Source: Sporohalobacter salinus
GTDB taxonomy: Bacteria; Bacillota; Halanaerobiia; Halobacteroidales; Acetohalobiaceae
NCBI RefSeq assembly: GCF_016908635.1
Contig: NZ_JAFBEG010000002.1
Location: 83,725 to 115,724 of the forward strand
Direction: 5' to 3'
DNA: 32,000 bases
Under the pieces are notes generated by a model. The model made no database searches. It was not told where the DNA came from and worked only from the letters and a program-made list of their open reading frames with translations. This document shows positions 16,291-24,617 of the stretch, one piece after another. Each line of letters begins with the position of its first letter. Position 1 is the first letter of the stretch. The position numbers and the translations under genes are program-made.

Positions 16291-18027
16291 TTGGATAAAA
16301 GATCAAAGTTTTTAGTTTTAGTGCTTACTTTGGCAGTTTTATTAGCCAGTAGTAATTTAGTCTGGGCAGCAAAGAAAGAAATAAATAATAATTTGATTAC
16401 TGCGATTGAAGTTGTGGGGAATAAGAAAATATCTGAAGATGAAATTTTAAAAGCAGTTAAGACTAAAGTAGGAGAAAAGATTTCTAATAAAAAACTGCAA
16501 AAGGATTTACAAGCTATCTTTGAGCTAGGATACTTCTTTGATGTACAAGCTTCATTTGAGAATTATCGCAATGGTATTAAGTTGATTTTTGAAGTAGTAG
16601 AGAATCCAGAATTAAAGAAATTAAAGTTTAAAGGAAATGAATCTATTACTAGTAAGAAATTAAAAGAGAAACTAAATCTTAAACAAGATAAATTATTGAA
16701 TACTAATAAGTTGAATAATGGTTTGCGAAAGATAGAATCTTATTATAAAGAGCAAGGCTATGTTTTGGCTAAAGTAGAAGATGTTTTAATGGAAAAAGAT
16801 GGGACATTGGTAATAACAATTAATGAAGGTAAACTATCAGAAATTAAGATTAAGGGTAATGAAAAGACTAAAGATTTTGTAATTAAACGTAAGTTATCAA
16901 TGGAACCAGGAGATGTCTTTAATGCAGAACAGATGAAAAAGGATCTCCGTGGTATTTATAATTTAGGTTTGTTTAAGGATATCAAGCCTGAACTGAGTCA
17001 GAGTTCTGCAGAGAAAAATGAAGTAAGATTGACTATAAAAGTAACAGAGCGAAAGACAGGTAATGTTGGTATTGGAGCCGGTTACAGCAGTTCTGACGGC
17101 TGGTTAGGGAATTTTAAGATTCAGGAAAAGAACTTTATGGGACGTGCTCAAAAATTAGGATTTCGTTGGGAAGTTGGAGAAGAGAATACCACCTATGAAT
17201 TGAGCTTTTATGAACCTTGGGCTTTTGGAAGTGATACTTCTGTAGGATTCAGTATTTATGACCGTACTGATGAACTAACTAGTGATTTTTCTGATGATTA
17301 TGGCTCTAGTTATGGAGAAACAGATTATGAGGAGCGGGAAAGAGGAGGAAGTATTACTCTAGGACATCCGCTCGGTTACGATATAGAAGGAAATTTAACT
17401 TATGAATATGAGGAGACAAGTAAAGAAGTACTGGATGAAGAAACTAATGTTCTTCCGCCAGCAGAAGAGGAAGGTACTACCAGTAGTTTAACTACTAGTT
17501 TTGTGAGAGATACAAGAAATGATATCTTTAACCCAACAGATGGTCGTAAAGATAAGCTTTCTGTTGAATATGCTGGTCATGCATTAGGAGGAGATAATGA
17601 CTTTATTAAGTATCAACTGGACCTTAGAGATTATACACCTGACTTTATGTTTGAGGATAATAGCTGGGCCTTTCGTCTAAAAACAGGTTTGAGTGAAGGA
17701 TTAGACGAAAAAGGACTTGATCATGAAAAGTACCGAATTGGTGGACCACAAACTTTACGAGGCTTTGAAGATGATGAATTTGTTGGTGAAGAGATGATGT
17801 TATGTAATATTGAATATAGAATTCCATTTGCTGATAACTTTACTGGGGTTTTATTTACTGATGCTGGTAAAGTTTGGGATAAAGATAAAGACTTTGATTT
17901 TGATAATATTAAGAAATCAGCTGGAGTTGGAATCAGATTTAAGACACCGATGGGGCAATTACGCTTAGATTATGGATGGCAAGAAGAAGATTCTAGATTA
18001 CATTTCAGTATAGGTCAGTTATTCTAA
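16291..18027 (+). CDS. bamA: Outer membrane protein assembly factor BamA (Omp85)
   Basis: The ORF is open from ATG 16261. However, AAGGAGGAG (16276-16284) sits 6 nt before an in-frame TTG at 16291, which I take as the start. A signal peptide (LVWA/AKKE) is followed by POTRA-like repeats (IEVVGNKKISEDEIL..., LKFKGNESITSKKLKE..., IKIKGNEKTKDFVIKRKL...). The Omp85 barrel ends ...RLHFSIGQLF. Confidence 0.9.
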   Translation: MDKRSKFLVLVLTLAVLLASSNLVWAAKKEINNNLITAIEVVGNKKISEDEILKAVKTKVGEKISNKKLQKDLQAIFELGYFFDVQASFENYRNGIKLIFEVVENPELKKLKFKGNESITSKKLKEKLNLKQDKLLNTNKLNNGLRKIESYYKEQGYVLAKVEDVLMEKDGTLVITINEGKLSEIKIKGNEKTKDFVIKRKLSMEPGDVFNAEQMKKDLRGIYNLGLFKDIKPELSQSSAEKNEVRLTIKVTERKTGNVGIGAGYSSSDGWLGNFKIQEKNFMGRAQKLGFRWEVGEENTTYELSFYEPWAFGSDTSVGFSIYDRTDELTSDFSDDYGSSYGETDYEERERGGSITLGHPLGYDIEGNLTYEYEETSKEVLDEETNVLPPAEEEGTTSSLTTSFVRDTRNDIFNPTDGRKDKLSVEYAGHALGGDNDFIKYQLDLRDYTPDFMFEDNSWAFRLKTGLSEGLDEKGLDHEKYRIGGPQTLRGFEDDEFVGEEMMLCNIEYRIPFADNFTGVLFTDAGKVWDKDKDFDFDNIKKSAGVGIRFKTPMGQLRLDYGWQEEDSRLHFSIGQLF

Positions 18028-18066
18028 AACAAAATTCTGATATAATTGAAAGGGGTTAAAAATATA

Positions 18067-18585
18067 ATGTTGCAAGAAAAAAAATTAATTAAAATATTAG
18101 CATTGACATTAGTTTTAAGTGTAGGAGTGGGAGCAGTATTCTTTTTATCACCGCAGGTAAAGGCTAAGTCTGAAGTTGAGAAGGCAGTTGCTTATGTTGA
18201 TTTTGATAAAATATTGAAAAATCATCCTAAGCGAGATGAAATAGATACTCAGTTCAAACAATATTTTCAAAGCTTAAAAAAGCAGTTGAGTTCTGAATTA
18301 CAATCGAAGGTAAAAGATGTTAGTGGTAAAGAACGTCAGAAGTTATTGCATGATTATAATCAGAAGTTAAAGAACCAGATTGAACAGAAGAAAGCAGAAT
18401 TACTACAGCCGCTTAAGGAAGATATCAATACTACTATTAAAGAAGTAGCAGACCAGCAGGGAGTTGCCGTAGTACTCCATAAAGAGACGGTAATTTATGG
18501 AGGTAATGATTTGACAGATAAGGTCTTATCTGCAATTAAGAAAAAAGAAGAAAAAGATACTAAATCTAAGACTGAAAGTAATTAA
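18067..18585 (+). CDS. skp: Skp/OmpH-family periplasmic chaperone, paralogue 1 (soluble type)
   Basis: The ORF is open from TTG 18046, and ATG 18067 is the likelier start. A signal peptide (SPQVKA/KSE) is present. The OmpH pattern is VAYVDFDKILKNHP...coiled-coil...IKEVADQQGVAVVLHKETVIYGGNDLTDKVL. Confidence 0.8.
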   Translation: MLQEKKLIKILALTLVLSVGVGAVFFLSPQVKAKSEVEKAVAYVDFDKILKNHPKRDEIDTQFKQYFQSLKKQLSSELQSKVKDVSGKERQKLLHDYNQKLKNQIEQKKAELLQPLKEDINTTIKEVADQQGVAVVLHKETVIYGGNDLTDKVLSAIKKKEEKDTKSKTESN

Positions 18586-18617
18586 GCAGCCGTGAGAAGC
18601 TTATTAGGAAGTGAGGG

Positions 18618-19796
18618 ATGAAGATGCGGCGCAAGTTTTGGTGGAAATTAGGAAGTCTGTTAATTATAGTTTTATTTCTGCTTCAGTTGGTTGGCTGTAA
18701 TAACAATTTAGCTACTAATGATTCTAAACAGAATAAAAATGTATCTAACAAAGATTCTCATCAAAGTAGTAAAGCTGTAGCTAATAAGATAGGAATAGTA
18801 GATCTAGAAAAATTAAAGGCAGTTCATCCTGAAGCAAAAAGATTAGAAGAATTAAACAAACAGATTAGGGATAACCAAGTTAACTTAGATGAGCAGCAGG
18901 GCGTTCTAAATCTTACTGCTCAAAATAGAGAAGAACATTTACAGAGTATTAATGAGCAGATAAATAAACGTCTTCAGGATATTAAATCAAAATATCAAAC
19001 TAAGATAGATGAACATGTGAAAGATACAAAGGAGAAATTAAATTCTTATAAAGAAAGTCTCAAGCAGCAGACGAAACAGAAGTTTAAAGAGAAAAAGGCA
19101 GAAATTAGACAAGAAATGGAAAATCAAATAAATGAAAAGAAAGAAGAGCATAGTAAGAAAATACAAAATTATCAGCAAAAGTTAAATAAGAAGTATAATA
19201 GGAAAATTTTAAATTTGAGATTAAAACTTCAAATGTTAAATTTGTCTGCTAAAGAACGCAAAAAGTATCAAAATCGTTTAGCAGAAGTGGAAACAGAACG
19301 TAAAGAAAAATTAAATAGTAAGAAAAAGGAATTTCAGAAAAAATTACAGGAATATGCTTCAAAGCAGCAGAAACAAGCAGAAGAAAGATTGCATTCTTAT
19401 CAACAAAAATTAACTAAGAAGATGCAGCAGAAAATAAATGCTAAAAAAGAAGAAGCTAATAAGGAATTACAGAATTATGTTAAAGAACAGAATCAGTTTT
19501 TACAACAGGAAATAAAAACAAAGAGAAAAAATCTAACTACTAAATTGCGGGATACAATTGTAGAAGCAGAGAAGAACCTGGATGATAACATTACAGAAAG
19601 AAATAGAGAATTAACAGATAATTTAAAGAAACTTAAAGCAGATAGAAAGAAATTAAAAAAGAAGATTAGAGAAGATATTAAGGAAAAGATATCTGAGGTA
19701 GCTCAAACTAAAGAGCTGCAGGTAGTATTGACTACTTCTAGTAAGAATCTATCTGCAATTAATATTACAGAGGATGTAGTTACTAAATTGAAGTAA
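18618..19796 (+). CDS. Skp/OmpH-like lipoprotein with greatly expanded coiled-coil arm, paralogue 2
   Basis: 392 aa; ATG 18624 is an alternative start. It has a lipobox (LQLVGC). OmpH-like termini (IGIVDLEKLKAVHPEAK... and ...ISEVAQTKELQVVLTTSS..INITEDVV) flank about 250 aa of K/Q/E/N-rich heptad sequence. Confidence 0.65.
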   Translation: MKMRRKFWWKLGSLLIIVLFLLQLVGCNNNLATNDSKQNKNVSNKDSHQSSKAVANKIGIVDLEKLKAVHPEAKRLEELNKQIRDNQVNLDEQQGVLNLTAQNREEHLQSINEQINKRLQDIKSKYQTKIDEHVKDTKEKLNSYKESLKQQTKQKFKEKKAEIRQEMENQINEKKEEHSKKIQNYQQKLNKKYNRKILNLRLKLQMLNLSAKERKKYQNRLAEVETERKEKLNSKKKEFQKKLQEYASKQQKQAEERLHSYQQKLTKKMQQKINAKKEEANKELQNYVKEQNQFLQQEIKTKRKNLTTKLRDTIVEAEKNLDDNITERNRELTDNLKKLKADRKKLKKKIREDIKEKISEVAQTKELQVVLTTSSKNLSAINITEDVVTKLK

Positions 19797-19827
19797 TGAG
19801 TTTACAATTTAGGAGGGGAATTTTTAG

Positions 19828-20244
19828 ATGAATAAAAGATTAAAATTATTATTAATCGGGTTGGCTGTTTTAATATTATTTACCGGTTGTACCCAGCAAA
19901 GCAAAGTAGCCGTTGTTGATATGCAGAAGATAGTAGAAAATAGTGATCGTATTCAAGATTATCAGCAGCAATTAGATAAAAAATTAAAAGAGCTACAGAC
20001 TGAATATAAAACTAAATTAAATAATATAGATGATGAAGAGAAATTAAAAGTAAAAAGAGAAGAAGCCTACCAGAAAAGCCAAAAGATTAAGTCAGATATT
20101 GAATCCAAAGTTAAAGCAGATATACAGAAGGTTATTAGTGAAATAGCTAAGGAGCAAGAAATAGATGTAGTATTAAATAAAAATGATGTTAAATATGGAG
20201 GAGTAGATATTACTGACCAGGTTATTAAGGCTTTAAAGAAATAG
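19828..20244 (+). CDS. Skp/OmpH-family lipoprotein, paralogue 3
   Basis: 138 aa with AGGAGGGG SD and a lipobox (ILFTGC). The OmpH pattern is VAVVDMQKIVENSDR...ISEIAKEQEIDVVLNKNDVKYGGVDITDQVIKAL. Confidence 0.8.
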   Translation: MNKRLKLLLIGLAVLILFTGCTQQSKVAVVDMQKIVENSDRIQDYQQQLDKKLKELQTEYKTKLNNIDDEEKLKVKREEAYQKSQKIKSDIESKVKADIQKVISEIAKEQEIDVVLNKNDVKYGGVDITDQVIKALKK

Positions 20245-20284
20245 CTTAGAATTGAGTTTGTGTTAAAGGGAGGCTTATAAGAAG

Positions 20285-21316
20285 TTGACAGTATCGTTAA
20301 AAGAACTGGCAAACTTAGTAAATGGAGAAGTAATAGGAAATGATGAAGTTATAATTTCTGGTGTAGGTGGGGTTGAGAATGTAACAGAAGGAGAAATTAC
20401 ATTTGTTCAGAATGATAAATATTTAAAAAAAGCAGAATCTAGTTCAGCAGCGGCAATTATTGTTAATGATAGGATCGAATCAAATAAAGCTTTATTAAAA
20501 GTAGATAATCCTAGATTAGCTTTTGCGAAGATTGCTCATGAATTCACACCTCAGTTATATAAGACTAATGAAATTCATCCTACAGCAGTGATAGCCAATG
20601 ATGTAGAATTTGGTAGTGATGTTTCAATAGGATCACAAGTTACAATTGAATCCGGGGTTTCAATTGGAGATAATGTGAGAATAGCCCCCGGGGCTTATAT
20701 AGGTGCTCAAGCTCAAATTGGCAACGAGACCATTATCCATCCTAATGCAGTAATTATGCATGAGACTGAAATAGGTAACAGAGTAATTATTCAAGCAGGT
20801 TCTGTAATTGGAAGTGATGGTTATGGATTTGAAACTACTCCTAATGGTCATTATAAAGTACCGCAGTTTGGTAATGTAATAATTGAGGATGATGTAGAAT
20901 TAGGAGCGAATGTGACTGTAGATCGTGGTGCTACTGGTTCAACAATTATTGGCAAGGGTACTAAGACTGATAACTTAGTGCATATTGCCCATAATGTAGA
21001 GATAGGTGAGGGCTGTCTTTTAATTGCTCAGGTGGGTATTGCTGGTAGTGCTAAGATTGGAGAGGGGGTGACATTAGCCGGGAAAGCTGGAGTAGTTGGT
21101 CACTTAGAAATAGGTGCTAATACTACTGTAGCAGCTCAAAGTGTTATTACTAAGGATGTACCACCAGATTCTTTCTATTCTGGCTATCCAGCTCAAGACC
21201 ATAAGTCAGAAATGAGAATTAAGGCAGCAAGACGTAGATTACCAAAGATGGTAAAAGAACTGCGGGCATTAAAACAGGAAATAAGTGAGTTAAAAGGAAA
21301 ATTAGAGGAGGAATAG
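20285..21316 (+). CDS. lpxD: UDP-3-O-acylglucosamine N-acyltransferase
   Basis: 343 aa with TTG start. It has the LpxD N-terminal domain (LKELANLVNGEVIGNDEVIISGV) and extended left-handed beta-helix hexapeptide repeats (HIAHNVEIGEGCLLIAQVGIAGS). It follows skp as in the classical arrangement. Confidence 0.93.
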   Translation: MTVSLKELANLVNGEVIGNDEVIISGVGGVENVTEGEITFVQNDKYLKKAESSSAAAIIVNDRIESNKALLKVDNPRLAFAKIAHEFTPQLYKTNEIHPTAVIANDVEFGSDVSIGSQVTIESGVSIGDNVRIAPGAYIGAQAQIGNETIIHPNAVIMHETEIGNRVIIQAGSVIGSDGYGFETTPNGHYKVPQFGNVIIEDDVELGANVTVDRGATGSTIIGKGTKTDNLVHIAHNVEIGEGCLLIAQVGIAGSAKIGEGVTLAGKAGVVGHLEIGANTTVAAQSVITKDVPPDSFYSGYPAQDHKSEMRIKAARRRLPKMVKELRALKQEISELKGKLEEE

Positions 21317-21321
21317 ATTAC

Positions 21322-21981
21322 ATGGTAGTTAGGAAAGAATTAAATATAATAATAATCACACTAATCGTTGGAGCAATGTTAATTACCACAGGTAATGCTT
21401 TTGCTGTTACTGCTTTTGAAGGTGGATTTAGCGGTTTGATTAAAACCCCTACTGCTAATGTCTTACCTTATAATAAAGCAGCAGTGGGATATCAACATAC
21501 TGACAGTGCCAATTTAGCTTCATTTAATTATGGAGTTTATGATAGTTTTGAATTAGGTTTAACAAATTATTGGTATGATGAAGACGAAGTTGAAGATGAT
21601 GATCTGTTTTTAAATGCTAAGCTACAATTGATGCAAGAAAATAATAATCAGCCAGCTGCAGCTATGGGGGTAGTAAATGAGGATTTTTATGGAGTAGTTA
21701 GTCAAAATTTAGATTACGGTTTAAGGGGACATATTGGACTTGGAGATGGAGATTTTGATGGCTTATTTGCAGGAATAAGTAAAACTCTTAATCCAGTAAC
21801 TATTTCTAGCGAAGGAAAGAATCAAACTCAGATACCGGTGACTACTTTAATGATGGAATATATTGATGAAGAATTTAATGCAGGGGCTAGATTAAAGTTA
21901 ACTCCACAGCTTAACTTTAATTTAGCATTAGAAGATCTATCTGATCTATCTGCTGGAATTAATTTTGAAACTCAGTTTTAA
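21322..21981 (+). CDS. Small predicted outer-membrane beta-barrel protein, family unknown
   Basis: 219 aa. The SD GGAGGAGGA lies inside the lpxD 3' end. A signal peptide (TGNAFA/VT) is present, along with alternating hydrophobic segments and acidic loops (YDEDEVEDDD, GLGDGDFDG). The C-terminus AGINFETQF fits the OMP terminal-Phe signature. Confidence 0.5.
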   Translation: MVVRKELNIIIITLIVGAMLITTGNAFAVTAFEGGFSGLIKTPTANVLPYNKAAVGYQHTDSANLASFNYGVYDSFELGLTNYWYDEDEVEDDDLFLNAKLQLMQENNNQPAAAMGVVNEDFYGVVSQNLDYGLRGHIGLGDGDFDGLFAGISKTLNPVTISSEGKNQTQIPVTTLMMEYIDEEFNAGARLKLTPQLNFNLALEDLSDLSAGINFETQF

Positions 21982-21999
21982 ATAAGAGTATAGTTTTGA

Positions 22000-22034
22000 T
22001 TAACCTCCCAAAATTAACTGGGAGGTTAATTTAT
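22000..22034 (+). terminator. Hairpin terminator after the small OMP gene
   Basis: TTAACCTCCCA (22000-22010) is the perfect reverse complement of TGGGAGGTTAA (22019-22029), with an 8-nt loop. The following T-tract is short (TTTAT). Confidence 0.6.
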
Positions 22035-22069
22035 GTCTAAGCTATCCATTAATTACCTTCTTTGCTCTA

Positions 22070-22098
22070 TTTACGCCTCTTATCTTAGATGGTATAAT
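22070..22098 (+). promoter_or_regulatory. Candidate extended -10 sigma-A promoter for the ABC pair
   Basis: TTTACG (22070-22075), a 17-nt spacer containing TG at 22090-22091, then TATAAT (22093-22098). Confidence 0.45.
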
Positions 22099-22112
22099 TA
22101 CAAGGGATAGGA

Positions 22113-24584
22113 GTGAAAACAGTGGATATTTTAAGACATAAATTCCGAAACGACTTATTAATTTGGCTGATTATTGTTGTTTTGGTTGGTAGTGGTTTAT
22201 CTGGAGGAATAGGTTATTTAGCTGATAATTACTTTGGGGATACTATGAATAATTTATTGGGAGATTACGGCAAGTATGACTTTTTACTAACAGTTAATCA
22301 GGAGATGACTGATTCTGCTGTTAGTGAAATAGAAGAGATTATTGAGCAGAAATTTCCTGGTTCAAAGTTAAAAAAAGGAATTACTGTAGCAGGAACAGTT
22401 AATTATTTTTTACAATTAGATGAAGAATTGCGTACTAAAGCTGTTTTTTCTAAGGTAGATGACCAATTTGAAGAGATAATTGGGGTTGATAATGTATCTC
22501 TGATGGCAGAACCTAAAATTTCTTTACAGGGAATGATTGGTGATACTAAAGATTTCTTTAATAAAAAGATAAGTAAGTTGCCTGAGGTTGATTTTATATT
22601 ATCTACTGGTTCAGGATTAGATATTATTTTAAAACAGTCTGCTGATTTGCAGGTAGTTACTGAAAAAATTGAAAATATTCTGGATAATTATAAGTTATTA
22701 CAGATTAGATTTCCAATTGCTCAATCACCACAGAAGATTACTGATTTGAATGTAGATTTGCGTCAAGAATTAAAAAAAGAATTTTCTTCACAACAGATTC
22801 AGAGTCTTAGTTCTGGTCAGCGAGAAAATTTAGATGACTTAATTAAGACAATGACTCAAATGAAGAAATTTCTTGTGGAATATGCTACTGTTGTTGAAGT
22901 CAAATTGCCTTCAAATTTAAAGGTTAGTTCAACTGAAACTTTTGCTTTAGCTAGTAAAGAAGATGGCTCACTATCTGTTGGAGATAAGATTACAGAAGAT
23001 ACAGTTCTTTTAACACCGCTGCAGAAAGAAGATGGATTATTGGAGTTAATTATTAGTCGAGGCGATGGTACTGAAATTGCAGGTCAAAATCTCTGCTTAG
23101 TTAGTCAAGAAGGGATAGTGAAGCGAAAACTGCAGGTGGCTAAGATACAGAAGCCGCGTTATTTGCTTAAGAAGGCTGTAGGAGAAACGAAAGAGTTAGT
23201 ACCTAAATTGACTTCGATTGTAAACAGTGCTGAAGAGGTTAATAAGAATTTTTCAAGCTGGTTAACAAAATATCAACAGGGAATAAGTCAAATTCAGCAA
23301 TTAAAAGAAAAGTTAATCAATCAGCAGAGCAAATTGACAAGTTTATCTTCAAATGGAAACATACAGGAGTTAGCAACAACAATAAATAATATTTCTACTA
23401 TTACTACTAACTTAGAAGAAACCATGACTCAGATGTACCAATTAAGAGAAAAATTAATTGATATTAATTCTAATTTTAAGAGTTTTGAGCGTAATATAGA
23501 AAAACAGATAGCTGCTTTATCTTTAGTAGGTGCTAAGAATGAAAGATTAAATAATCTGCGGGATTCAATTAATGCTTTACAGCAAAAGACAGATGGAAAA
23601 ATGAATACAATAATTAGCAGAATTAATTCCTACAATCCACTTTTAAATAAGTTACAAAAGTGGAATAATAACTTAGAAGCAATGCAAGATTTATTAAGTA
23701 CTACTTCTGATTTAGATTTAAATTCACCAAAAGTAAAAAGAACTTTTGGACAAGTAGTAGGAAATTTAGATGAGGTAATGACTAGTCTGGACAATATTAA
23801 TTATCCAGAATTAAAAGAAGAATTAGTAACATTAAAATCTGGTGTTGAAGATTTAAATCAGTTAAACTTTAAATTAATTATTAAAGAGTTAAATCATATG
23901 CAAAATGTCTTACCCAATCTTAAAGATGAAGAGATTACAGGAACAATTCAATTGCTGGATAAACATTTAGCTGGACAGGTTGTTCCAGGGAAAGTGCTTT
24001 ATTTTCTGGTCAACCAAAATATTAAGAAAGGTTCATTAGAGGCTAAAATTAATAATTATTTTGCAAATAAGAATCAGGATATTGAGTTGTTATTTACAAC
24101 GCCTGGTCTGTTGCAGCCTAATGTTAGGGGAGAGTTTTTTAGAATTTTAGGAGAAGTAAGAGCGGTTTTAACAGCAGTTATTGCCTTAGTTTTCACGGCT
24201 TTTGTATTATTTATGGATCAGTCTTTAGTTATGGTAACTATTCAACGAAGGAATAAACAGAAGAGTAATAGACTATTTAAAGCTTTAAATTCCAGTTATT
24301 TATACGGTTTTATACTAGGAGGATTATTGTTGAGCAGTATCTTTTACATTTCACAAGCGAAACTGCCATTTTTAAATCTTAAGTATATATTTATTATAGG
24401 TGGTGGTTTAGGTATACTAGCGGCTAATAAAGCAAGTTCTATTAATCCTCTTAATGAAGCTGAATTTTTGGCTGGAGAGGCACTAGGCTTAAACTATACT
24501 GAAATTATGCATGAGATTGTCATTCCTAAAGGAAGACCAGGGTTATTAACAATATTAAATAAAAGGAAGATGGTTTTTGAGTAA
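22113..24584 (+). CDS. ABC-system membrane component: N-terminal anchor, ~640-aa extracytoplasmic coiled-coil-rich domain, three C-terminal TM helices and an EAA-like cytoplasmic tail
   Basis: 823 aa. GTG 22113 or in-frame GTG 22122 could be the start, and the latter has better spacing from AGGAG. TM1 is near aa 15-36, and TM2-4 span about aa 683-773. The basic loop QRRNKQKSNR and the N-terminus fit the positive-inside rule. The tail GEALGLNYTEIMHEIVIPKGRPGLL resembles the EAA loop of type I ABC permeases. An ATPase gene lies 33 bp downstream. Confidence 0.55.
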   Translation: MKTVDILRHKFRNDLLIWLIIVVLVGSGLSGGIGYLADNYFGDTMNNLLGDYGKYDFLLTVNQEMTDSAVSEIEEIIEQKFPGSKLKKGITVAGTVNYFLQLDEELRTKAVFSKVDDQFEEIIGVDNVSLMAEPKISLQGMIGDTKDFFNKKISKLPEVDFILSTGSGLDIILKQSADLQVVTEKIENILDNYKLLQIRFPIAQSPQKITDLNVDLRQELKKEFSSQQIQSLSSGQRENLDDLIKTMTQMKKFLVEYATVVEVKLPSNLKVSSTETFALASKEDGSLSVGDKITEDTVLLTPLQKEDGLLELIISRGDGTEIAGQNLCLVSQEGIVKRKLQVAKIQKPRYLLKKAVGETKELVPKLTSIVNSAEEVNKNFSSWLTKYQQGISQIQQLKEKLINQQSKLTSLSSNGNIQELATTINNISTITTNLEETMTQMYQLREKLIDINSNFKSFERNIEKQIAALSLVGAKNERLNNLRDSINALQQKTDGKMNTIISRINSYNPLLNKLQKWNNNLEAMQDLLSTTSDLDLNSPKVKRTFGQVVGNLDEVMTSLDNINYPELKEELVTLKSGVEDLNQLNFKLIIKELNHMQNVLPNLKDEEITGTIQLLDKHLAGQVVPGKVLYFLVNQNIKKGSLEAKINNYFANKNQDIELLFTTPGLLQPNVRGEFFRILGEVRAVLTAVIALVFTAFVLFMDQSLVMVTIQRRNKQKSNRLFKALNSSYLYGFILGGLLLSSIFYISQAKLPFLNLKYIFIIGGGLGILAANKASSINPLNEAEFLAGEALGLNYTEIMHEIVIPKGRPGLLTILNKRKMVFE

Positions 24585-24617
24585 AAATTTAGTTTTAATA
24601 TTTAGAGATGATGTGAT

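Noticed and set aside
17645-17827. 60-aa antisense ORF inside the bamA barrel region
   Set aside because: It lies antisense to a clearly conserved Omp85 barrel and has no supporting signals.
20067-20312. 81-aa antisense ORF over the skp paralogue 3 / lpxD junction
   Set aside because: It overlaps two well-supported + strand genes and their junction, and its translation is low-complexity.
20686-20693. CCCCGGGG palindrome inside lpxD, unusual in AT-rich DNA
   Set aside because: It encodes Ala-Pro-Gly-Ala within the LpxD beta-helix, so it is explained by coding constraint. There is no partner repeat or regulatory context.
20660-20851. 63-aa antisense ORF inside lpxD
   Set aside because: It is the antisense of hexapeptide-repeat coding sequence, with no independent support.
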